Shown one piece after another: positions 46,601 to 58,600 of a stretch of 64,000 nucleotides of DNA; position 1 is the first letter of the stretch, and each line of letters starts with the position of its first letter. The notes under the pieces were generated by a model. The model was not told the DNA's origin and made no database searches. It saw only the letters and a list, made by a program, of their open reading frames with translations. Source of the DNA: Laetmonice hystrix (lineage: Eukaryota); NCBI GenBank assembly GCA_965235115.1, contig OZ249436.1, positions 42,162,001-42,226,000 on the forward strand. Reading direction: 5' to 3'. A program made the position numbers and the translations under genes.

Positions 46601-49600
46601 AGCACCCTGCTCACCGAGTCATGTGTCCTCGCCGTTCACCAGAACCGAGATGAATGTTTCATGAACACAGTCTCCAGTCCCTGGAATTACCCAGTGGAGA
46701 GCACTAGGATCCAAAGGTTTCGACTATATCCACAGGCACTGGTAGAAAGCTGAGTGGACGGTTGCGTCCAGCCACAAATCCACGTTAGTGGACTTCATTT
46801 GACTCTGCCCTATCAGCCAAGGGCGTCTGGTTAAGTTAACCTGGCACTTGCCATTCGATGTCGGAAGGTCGAAGTTCGGCCCTGCCTGTCCACCTAGATA
46901 TCTTATCTACCATGTTATCTTGTTGATCAGAGATATTGTGAGATGTCAGCTTCAATCTAAACGATTCGTGACAATTAATTATGTAACGTGCAGGAACTCC
47001 AATGTATCGACAGAATATCATATCTCGCCCATTTGGTGCTAGATTACCTTTTCATACAGTTTGTTGACATTCCCCCCTTTTCTTTTTGAATACCGTTGGG
47101 TAATCCAAAGAGGCGATGATTTAAATATATCTTTCAAGCTCGCAGCCATTTGATGTGTGAGGCCTGACCTGATTTTAAAAAATACAAACATTTCATCCAA
47201 TACGTACTCGTCATTACATTACAGAAGAGCTCATGCATTGGGTCGGACTTTATCCAATCGGATCTCCAAGGTTAGAGACTGCTTTCAAAAGTTCTTGTCA
47301 CACAGAGGCTCACTTCACACTCTCCGTATCCGAATACCAGCTTTTGGTGATGAGCATATAACCAGAAAATAGACAAATTTCAAAACAGTGAAGCCAACTT
47401 TGTGCGCTTTTGAGGACGCAATTTGTTCAATGACCTTCTTTTTCACTCTTCACAACCCAGCGAAGCTAGGCCCATAGAATTAATGTCTATGGAATACTAA
47501 CCTCCGCATGCACACCCAACATACAACTGAGATTTCACTAAAAGAATGCAAAGTTCAGCATGGCATAAGATTTTACTTATCACGTATCTTATACACTGAC
47601 ATAATTACACTTTCTTACTTTTTTGTAGACGAGAAACGACTTTTAGTATTGCTTTTTACCACTGGTTGAGTCCTGTCTTCAAGCCATACGAAACTGGTTG
47701 TAACAGGACAAAACTTGTTCTTAAAGACCAAAAGACGTAATAAGTACCATGTAGTTATTCTGATTTTGGCAGACTAAGAGGCTCATAAGATAATTTGTGT
47801 CTTCTGATCATATGTTGGGGCGTTAGCGGTACGGACACCCTTGGTCAGCCAACCGTGGTCGGGGATTTTGAACTTTTATCCGGGACACAACTAGTTACCT
47901 GGTGAGACACCATGTGGCCGGGGTGGGAATTCCCGCGGACAACGTCCTGCCCTCACTTTCGACATCACATTGACGTCACTAACTACACGACTTACCAATC
48001 AGCGTGACAGTATACTGACGTCAGAGCTCGCGCTACTGGTAGAATCCATGCATCTTCAGTGTGTTCCAGACACACAATATTACCTCAAAATATCTAACAT
48101 ATTATCAACCGACCTAGCAGTATTTTCGGAAAGCTTGAAAGTTTTTTCCTTTTATTCATCTATTTTCCTGTTGAACCTACTGAAGATACTGGTAGAGATT
48201 CCAATCTATTTCATTGCTTCCAGACGAAGAAATGGGGCGAAACATTACTTTAAATCCTCTTTTGATGCAAATATTCACTTTTTAGGTCTTCTTGACTGTA
48301 AGGTGCCTTGTCAAAATGCACTTTCACTTCCCAGTGTTTCTGGCGATATTTTACTACATGATCATAACATAAACCTATGGCGTTTCCGCTAACAAGTAAG
48401 AGTTTTGTTGTTGTAATACCATTGCAGGCAAATTCTTAAATATTTTTCGCCTACAAAAAGTATGTTTTAATAAATTTTAAGTTATTTTAGATACAGTTTA
48501 TAGGCTTATGTAATGTTACTGTTTGTCTCTACCTGTCGTTTGACAGAGGACGCATACATGGTTTTTATAAGCGTTATGCACTCACCTTTTCGCCATGGAG
48601 GGCATATCCTCTCCAACACTACAGTCATACTATTGGACAGTTGTTGTGCGGGCACTGCGCTTTCTCCAAGTTGGAATGTACTTAAGTGTTTTTAACTTCC
48701 GACCACAAGATGGTTTATCAACTGGGTGGAAGACTGTTCGGGTCGTTTGCAAAAAGCTTTAGCCACTGACCACTGGACTTTCAAAGCAGGGTAAAGCTAT
48801 GGTTTTACGAAATCAGCTCAGGCAGGTTCGTGATGCTCTATAATCTTTTTAGTCCATGTGACCTCACTGTCTGATCCTGACGTCTCAATTACGCAAAGGT
48901 CCTCGATTTCTTTTACATTAGTCCTTGGTTGATTTGCAAAAGTTTGTAATTCGAGTAAAACCTTGTGTTTAAGATTAACCTATCTTTGGTCGGTTATTTT
49001 ATCTTTAGTCCTGTTGGTTGACCGTTTGATATTAGCAAGTAACCGTCCTGTCGTGCTCAGCGCCGTATCGAGATCAGTAATACTCACTGTTCTCTTCCAC
49101 TGGGGCGTGGTGTTGTGACTACGATGGTTACCGTCAAGTCTTCCAAGTCCTGGATATTTTCACCGACAGGTCTCTGGCTAGAATCCCCGACCGTTGGTTC
49201 TTTTCGTAGTGATAACAATGATCAGGTCCGAGATCAGTTCTTAGTGAATGCAAGCAGACTATTACTCCCGTCGTTACAACAGTGACTGAGCCGTATATAG
49301 TGTCCTAAAGTTGCTGCCGGTCTTGTATAGTCTCCATAGTAATGTCTTGGTGGACATGATTTGACTGGCCGTTTGTGTCACCCACGCAGGTAATTTGCTA
49401 GTGCCTACCTTCAGCTGCTGACCACTACTATATTAGTGAAGTCTCGTGTCGGGCGGCAGAGACGGCCTGCTCCAGCAGCCGGCGAATCAGCCTGCGTCCA
49501 GCTGCATACCTGGGTCAGCGGTGGAATGTCCGGCACACGGCGCGGCGGCCATGTCAGGCGGCGGCGCTGTAACAGACGTTCGGCAGAGGGCGGGGCGGGC

Positions 49601-52600
49601 GGGGGGAGCGGGGGGGCGGGCCGGGGGATGTGGCCGGACCGACCGCCCGCACTGGAGGCAGGCGGGCGGGCGGGCAGCCACACCTGGCCGGACGGCCGAG
49701 ACTGGGATGGGCCCGCCCCCTCCCCTACCGCACCGCCCGACCCAACGACCCTCATGGCTAGACCCTGGAATGTAGCCTACACGTGTCCCACTTCCATTCA
49801 GGTGGGAATTAATCTTGTAAAGCTGACAAAAATCCAGGATGAAATCGCTCTCCTTCCAGAGCCATCTTGGGACTGCATGATCGCGAGCCAATAACGGCAC
49901 TGTCACGCATGTCCCACTGTGCATTTATAACTGTTCTGTTCGGTAGACTGCATTCCACCATCATCCTACCCAGGGCGTTAATTTCGTCACCCTACAAGGT
50001 GCAGTAATCAGACCACATTTTGGTAATTCGGAATTCATTTGTTTCAACTATCATGTATAACAGCACAATGCCCGCATCTCTACAAAGACATCATATATGT
50101 CTATTACTTATATTCAAGATTTGCCACTTTCATTGACAATCGTGGCACTCTGTCGGACGCTGACTCTGTCGGATTCAAGGCAATAAAAGTTACACTATAC
50201 CTTCCTATCAACATCATTTTCTTGCTTTTCTGGCTTTAAGATTTTACTAATCCCATCACTTGTCATAACTACTGCACCCTGTGACTCCTCATTACACTCC
50301 ATGACTTGCATGTCGTGACCACTTCCCATTTTCACAGATATCTTGTCCCGACCTGACGCTCTGCATCATGCAGCGACATACCTAAGTTCTCTAATGACAC
50401 ATGCAGGAGCAGTCTGAAGGCCAAACGAAAAATACTGTCGTTTCTATAGGCCACTCGATCCCCATCAGTCAATCTTTACCAATGGCCGGATCCGAGCGGG
50501 GATTCCCGGAGCTGGGACCCCATTTTAACGCAATTTTTCAAATGACCTCCTGACTGCGCCCCCTAAAGCGACCCCTTTTTGAGCGGTGGACTACTTCCCT
50601 TTGTACCGTGCTTGATATCCTTGCATTGCTACTACACCTAAAGATAAATAGTACAATGTAGGTGGCCTTGTTTAGACAGTTTTCTATTTCCATTTTTCCA
50701 GTGTTACCAGAAACAGTCATGTTGATGGTCGTGTTTGGCCTAAACCGAATATCGGCGTTGCACCACACGTGTCTGCCCACAGACCTAATCATACACACTC
50801 GCAAGGTTTCTGCACCATCTCAGGAAATTTTTTTTACATACATTCCAGTAACATATGTAAACATGGCGACCAAGCAGTGATGTTTTATGTGACGGGCGCC
50901 TACAACGATCGGAAACGACCAGTCATATACTGGAAGGCACACGTCAATAGAAACCCCCCCCCCCCCCCCCCATTTTCAGGATCGGTTTGTATATCTTCAA
51001 CTCCCTAACTATCAATGGAAGGTCCATTTTTTCTGCTCGAAGAAAGCGACTATCGTTGATAGTGAGGTAATTCAACTCTTTACAAAGTAGTACAAAGGCA
51101 CAAAGTACTGTGCGTTCCACTAACGAAAGACGTCTTTAGCAAAGACGTCTTTGGAAAGACGTCTTTGCGGGGCCAATGTTAAAGAATAGGTGGTTAGTGA
51201 AACAACCGTCGCCGCAAAGACCTCTTTGCCCTCAGCGACCATTTCAAGGACGTCTTTCGGGCTTAGTGGAACGCACCTGGGTAGTGATGATCCTGAGATG
51301 TTACGTCAGTAACCAAAGTCATCTCTAGGTATCAAATCTAAAGGGTGCATAGTCTGCAATCTTGGACCTACACAAGGTTATTTCATCTGCCCTGCATGGG
51401 ATTCTTTCTAAAGTTTGTTATCCATTTTTTTATTGACTATGCGGACTTTAGCTGGCTCTGAGGGTAGGTTAGGCATAACCCAAGTACCCCCCCCCCCCAC
51501 CTCACCCCTGAGTCCGTCTCGAGTGCTTCCTTTTGCCCCGATGCTCCCTTTCATCATCTCCCACGCTCCCTCCCACGCCAAGTGGTCAAGTGATAACGGC
51601 CAATCATGTATTGTTGATATACGTGTACCAGGACGATCTCCAGCCAGCACCCCGCGCTATTTTTAGCGCCACCCCATTCAGAAACGCCTGAGCCCGATGA
51701 CAGATCCCGCACACGAGCACGCCTATCTCCTCGAGTACGTACTCTAGAATGACTCCAACATGTGCATCCTACGCTTCGGAAACAGGTAGGCCTGTACCAC
51801 TTCCGGGTGTCATTCTGGGTATCTGTGCTTCGTCTTTCTCCCTTTCGTCGAAATAACCTGCGCGACGTCAATTTTTCATAAAGATCAAAATTATTCTCAT
51901 GGTCAATCAAATTGCCTACTTCGATGACTATTCTGTTTTATGTCTTTAAAACTGCATTGTACAGCTGCTAACTCTCCGGACACAGATCGTTCACTTCATT
52001 CAACCAAGTAGTGGAGCAAGCCCCTCTGCATTATGGGAGATTGACAGCTGCTGCGTGCTAGGCGTCACATGCGCACATAAGTATGATCTTCTTCCTCGCC
52101 CAGCCCAGGGAGTGTTTCAATCGGCGCGAAAAACAGCAGGCCCTACAACCAAACGACACTGCCCGTCGCCGGTGGGTGACATGAACCTGTCACCTTGTCC
52201 CGGTACAAGAGGCCCACAACCAGGTGGGTGACAGGGACCTGTCACCTTGTCCCGGTACAAGAGGCCCACAACCAGGTGGGTGACAGGGACCTGTCACCTT
52301 GTCCCGGTACAAGAGGCCCACAACCAGGTGGGTGACAGGGACCTGTCACCTTGTGGCATGGACCTGCCACCTTGTCCCGGTACAAGAGGCCCACAAACAT
52401 TTGGGTGACATGGACCTGTCACCTTGTCCCGGTACAAGACGTCCACAACCAGGTGGGTGACAGGGACCTGTTACCTTGTCCCGGTACAAGAGGCCCACAA
52501 CCAGGTGGGTGACAGGGACCTGTCACCTTGTCCCGGTACAAGACGTCCACAACCAGGTGGGTGACAGGGACCTGCCACCTTGTCCCGGTACAAGACGTTC

Positions 52601-55600
52601 ACAACCAGGTGGGTGACAGGGACCTGTCACCTTGTCCCGGTACAAGACGTCCACAACCAGGTGGGTGACAGGGACCTGTTACCTTGTCCCGGTACAAGAG
52701 GCCCACAACCAGGTGGGTGACAGGGACCTGCCACCTTGTCCCGGTACAAGACGTCCACAACCAGGTGGGTGACAGGGACCTGTTACCTTGTCCCGGTACA
52801 AGAGGCCCACAACCAGGTGGGTGACAGGGACCTGTCACCTTGTCCCGGCACAAGAGGCTCACAGGTTGTTGGTTTGCTGTCACATCCACTGCACTACAAT
52901 CTTTAACAGGTACCTAGGCACTCATACACCTTCGGAATTATAGCACTCATAAATCAAACAATCGTGTCATCTTACTACGCCATTTTTCAAAACACGATTT
53001 TCTATTCTGGAACTGATTAACAATGGGCGGTTCGAATGTACACCTGACTCGACGAAATCATATGGGCGTGTGTCAAGAATAGAATACACTCAGGTAGACC
53101 CTCAACGAAAATGACAGCCACGATACTTTGAATGTGTTGCAATACCTTGGCCATCTTTATGGAAGCAATAAAGGCCCACTGAGGAAACCTTCTATGAACC
53201 ATTAAACATCTGTTCTTATTTCTGCTACTGGTATGTCCGCGACATGTGTAGCGGCACGATATTTTGATATAACTCTATTCTGCTGACCAAAATCGGCCTC
53301 GAACTGACTTGAGAGTTGAGACCAGCTTCTGGCCACACACCAGCAGTGCACAGACCAGCTGGTCCCTCCACGCTGCAACCAGACCTTTCGTGCACGTGGT
53401 CGCGCGGCTCTGCCCAGCCATTCAATCGAACTATAACCATTACATGCAGTCCCTTCTCTCCAAATTGATCCTGTTTAAGGGCATGGATTTACTGAAAAAA
53501 AAATACGGATCACGAATGGTAGCGGCTTGCTCGTTTACATCAAATCCGCATGTTAACCCCTGAAAAAAGTGGCGTCTTCCTTCATTCAGGATATCTTGTA
53601 TGACACGTGATGCTACAACATGAAACAATGGTGGAGTGCATCATTTGTTAACCCTGGAACGGGCTTAAAAATACGTGCCAGTCTCAAAGAAATCGTTACA
53701 CAGTGAGGTGAAAGTGCTGAGAGGGTGATTTTACCTTTGCCTCTTTGAATCATGTGTCTCAATCATCTCTCTCTAATGGTGGTTTGTTGAACACACATGA
53801 ATCTGAAGGAGCATCATAATGTTCTCTTTTAAGACCTGTATCTTGGAAGTTGAAAAGGAAGGATGAACCTCATGCATAAATACTAATAATGTCTGGGATT
53901 CATAGATAATGTCAGAATTATGAGGTGTTACATTGACAGTAGTTTACAGTAGCAGCTGATTACAGAGGTATAGGTATTGAAATACAAGTAGATAAAACGG
54001 TTGGCGGTGCGTCTACGCAGAGTCGCACTGGAGTGGTCATTTTCACTCGTTAAGAAGACCAGAATACCCACAGAAAAGCACCGACCTGTAGTAGGTAACT
54101 AAGAAACTTTCTCACAGAGGAAACAAGAGGCGTTCTGACCTTACGTGGAGAGGTTTTGTCTTCAACAAATTTATGTGCATAAATCATGGGGTTCTATTTC
54201 ATATAGGGCCTAAATACCTCATATGAAGGTCTTCATATGTTTCGAAGTATAATCCTAATCCTTTGGTAACAGAGAAAGAGGTGGAAGCGGGAGTGGTGAT
54301 TTCCCGCAACAGCCACTCGGCGTACGACGAATACAACAACCTAATATCCACCTCACAGCAGCACTGCCTCCTATGTCTACCTTTACACCTAAATAGGCAG
54401 GCGATTCAAAAACCTTTCGAATATCGGAGCCGTAATGAATCTCTCAGATCACTGATCAGGCTGACCGGGTTTCATTCCAGTAGCCACTGTGATCTTCTGC
54501 CTTTCAAAGGCAAATACCGTGATCACACTTGTATACGTCGCACGTTTTACCAACTCAAACTTCTCTTTCGAAATAGCAAGGAAAAATCCATTTTCTGTCA
54601 GTAGCATTTATATTTTAACGACATGGCAGCTGACCCTGATGTTTCTACCTCATATTCAATAAGAGTGTAAAATTTCACACCATGATTAAATCTAGACAGA
54701 AATAACATGGACCGCTACGTATCAGGTAACTTTATCACAGACAGGATCCCCTACAAAAACGTGCAGACAAATTGCTGACACGAATGTACATAATTAAGAC
54801 ACCTCGAGACAGCCTGGACGATCGATCCACGCCAGGATACATTGGAAAAGTATACACTCGTACATTCAATATTTGTAGACAGTCTCACTGCGTCACTGTC
54901 CGACTTGGTCAGGCTTCATGTAACAGACACATATATCCGGTTTCTAGTAAATGGCAATTACTGCCGATGATAATTCTGGGAAATTCTCACAAGATAAACA
55001 GACATGACAAGTACATATGGCCTCTATTATATTATATTATATCATAAGCAACCTGGACTGGGGGAAAAACTGTTCTGGTCTAGTTCTCACCCGAGAACGT
55101 TACCCGCAAGTACAAGGTAACCCCCCTGACCCCCACGGACTCTCCTGCCTACAGGACATAAACTCGTCAAATAGTGTAACAGACTGTAGCTCCAGCAGCC
55201 AAAATAAGCTAGCAACCCCTTCTGTACAAAAATGTTACAAAAAGTAGATTTATACATGCCCTTGAACTTCAGGACTATATTTCTAATAAAAGTACCTCTA
55301 CCTGACCTAAATTGGTTAAACGGGGGTTAACGTAAACTTCAGCTAGGATATTTTTTGCGTGAGCGAGATGTAGGAAGGAGAATACAGAATAATTTTTTGT
55401 AAACCTTTCAGCATTTTTGAAAAATAGTCTGCCAAAAAAAAGATAACTTTCATGTCGCGATATTATATGCCGTGATTTTCGTCGCAATCAAAACTGAAGT
55501 ATAAATGACCGGTTTTCCCGCCAAACCCCACCATGAATTTGAAATTCTCCTCATCTCTGTCCTTAAAACAACGGCAATAAAATACGCTGTACATCTTTAC

Positions 55601-58600
55601 TTCCCACTTGGCTCCCACGTGGTTTTGGGAGTCGAAGATGTGCGCCTGCAGAGGTTCAGCGCGACAGCTTACCGCTGCACACTGATCCTCGCGGGTCAAG
55701 CCTTTCACAATTCATAATGTCATGACCCAACGCAAAACTGGCCACACGACTAGCATGTTATATAGGCCTACAGCTGTGCTTGTATTACAACAGTTCACAA
55801 AACTGTTCTCAGTACATCCGTGAATGGCGGATAGTATTTATCAGCAGGGGGGAACTAACACCAGGCCAACACTTGGCACTGATAAGAAACACTGCAGTGA
55901 CAATTAAAGTGATCCTCAGACATCTTAAAAGGATGTGAAGCCGTTACTATCCTGGCTGGCACGATTAACTATGCCGATACCTGGAGACCTGGGCAGGTGA
56001 TCACCTACCGTTTGGTCATATCACCTCCAGTTTGGACATATCATCTAGTTTGGTCATATCACCTACAGTTTGGTCATGTCACCTACAGTTTGGTCATGTC
56101 ACCTACCGTTTGGCCATGTCACCTACCGTTTGGTCATATCACCTCCAGTTTGGACATATCATCTAGTTTGGTCATATCACCTACAGTTTGGTCATATCAC
56201 CTACAGTATGGTCATATCACCTACCGTTTGGTAATATCACCTACCGTTTGGTCATGTCACCTACCGTTTGGTCATGTCACCTACCGTTTGGTCATGTCAC
56301 CTACTGTTTGGTCATGTCACCTACTGTTTGGTCATGTCACCTATCGTTTGGTCATATCACGTAACGTTTGGCCATGCCACCTAACGTTTGGTCATATCAC
56401 GTAACGTTTGGCCATGTCACCTACCGACCTGGGCAGGTGATCACCTACCGTTTGGTCATATCACCTCCAGTTTGGACATATCATCTAGTTTGGTCATATC
56501 ACCTACAGTTTGGTCATGTCACCTACAGTTTGGTCATGTCACCTACCGTTTGGTAATATCACCTAACGTTTGGCCATGTCACCTACCGTTTGGTCATATC
56601 ACCTCCAGTTTGGACATATCATCTAGTTTGGTCATATCACCTACAGTTTGGTCATATCACCTACAGTATGGTCATATCACCTACCGTTTGGTAATATCAC
56701 CTACCGTTTGGCCATGTCACCTACCGTTTGGTCATGTCACCTACCGTTTGGTTATGTCACCTACCGTTTGGTCATGTCACCTACTGTTTGGTCATGTCAC
56801 CTACTGTTTGGTCATGTCACCTACCGTTTGGTCATATCACGTAACGTTTGGCCATGTCACCTAACGTTTGGTCATATCACGTAACGTTTGGCCATGTCAC
56901 CTACCGTTTGGTCATATCACGTAACGTTTGGCCATGTCACCTAACGTTTGGTCATATCACCTTCAGTTTGGACATATCTAGTTTGGCCATATCATCTACA
57001 GCTTGGCCATATCATCTAGTTTGGTCATATCACCTACCGCTTGGTCCTATCACCTAACGTTTGGTCATGTCACCTACCGTTTGGTCATCACCTACTGTTT
57101 GGTCATGTCACCTACCGTTTGGTCATCACCTACCGTTTGGTCATGTCACCTACCGTTTGGTCATGTCACCTACCATTTGGTCATCACCTACTGTTTGGCC
57201 ATATCACCTACCGTTTGGTCATGTCACCTACCGTTTGGTCATGTCACCTACCGTTTGGTCATGTCACCTACTGTTTGGTCATGTCACCTACTGTTTGGTC
57301 ATATCACCTACCGTTTGGTCATCACCTACTGTTTGGCCATGTCACCTAACGTTTGGTCATGTCACCTACTGTTTGGTCATGTCACCTACCGTTTGGCCAT
57401 GTCACCTACCGTTTGGCCATGTCACCTAACGTTTGGTCATGTCACCTACCGTTTGGTCATGTCACCTACCGTTTGGCCATGTCACCTACCGTTTGGCCAT
57501 GTCACCTACCGTTTGGTCATCACCTACCGTTTGGTCATGTCACCTACCGTTTGGCCATGTCACCTAACGCTTGGTCATGTCACCTACCGTTTGGTCATAT
57601 CACCTACCGTTTGGTCATATCACGTAACGTTTGGCCATGTCACCTACCGTTTGGTCATGTCACCTACCGTTTGGTCATGTCACATACCGTTTGGTCATAT
57701 CACGTAACGTTTGGCCATGTCACCTACCGTTTGGTCATGTCACCTACCGTTTGGTCATATCACGTAACGTTTGGCCATGTCACCTAACGTTTGGTCATGT
57801 CACCTAACGTTTGGTCATCACCTACCGTTTGGTCATATCACCTTCAGTTTGGACATATCTAGTTTGGCCATATCATCTACAGCTTGGCCATATCATCTAG
57901 TTTGGTCATATCACCTACCGCTTGGTCCTATCACCTAACGTTTGGTCATGTCACCTACCATTTGGTCATCACCTACCGTTTGGTCACATCACCTACAGTT
58001 TAGACATATCTAGTTTGGTTATATCACCTACCGTTTGGTCATATCACATAGTTCTGAGTTTGGTCATTACAGGTACAGTTTGCTCATAGCACCTACAGTT
58101 TGCTCATAGCACCTACATACAGCATACTGATGATTGCAAACGGCGAGGACTTTTTTAAAGTCAGATTTCGTGCTTCACAAAATTCTATGAATGATTTTTT
58201 TCTTCATATTTCACAGATCTATCACAGTCATGGAACCTTTTCTGGAAGTTAGCAGCAATGCTGTCATGTGCATGTTAAGGGGGGTCCAGAACACCGGAAG
58301 TGTGTGGTATGATGCACGCCGGGCGGGCGGAAGTTAGTGGTAGCTAGGTCATGTGCCTCTCTGCTAATATAAATGTGGGTGTCCACGCAATTTACGCAAC
58401 TCGCATCAACAATCATGCGATTGGCGTTGCCACAGATGTATGATATCAAAAAGAGCAGCCTTTGGCAGATACTAATATATTGCAAGGCAAGGGAATGTCT
58501 CCTAAGTGCGCTTATGGTCTCGTCGATTCTAACAGTTGCTGCCCTCTAGTGGCGATCCGTTAAACTACACACATTTTTAACATTATAGGACTTTAAAAGG

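Noticed and set aside
49411..49924. Four overlapping Gly/Pro/Arg-rich ORFs on both strands
   Set aside because: Expected from stop-codon scarcity in a GC-rich island; only the 43-nt candidate exon is retained.
52171..52863. Palindromic repeats resembling a CRISPR array
   Set aside because: Units are contiguous with no unique spacers, there are no cas genes, and the context is eukaryotic.
55997..57787. Many overlapping long ORFs (up to 234 aa) with FGHVTYRLVMSPTVW repeats
   Set aside because: They are translations of the 20-bp satellite in all frames; no splice or domain support.
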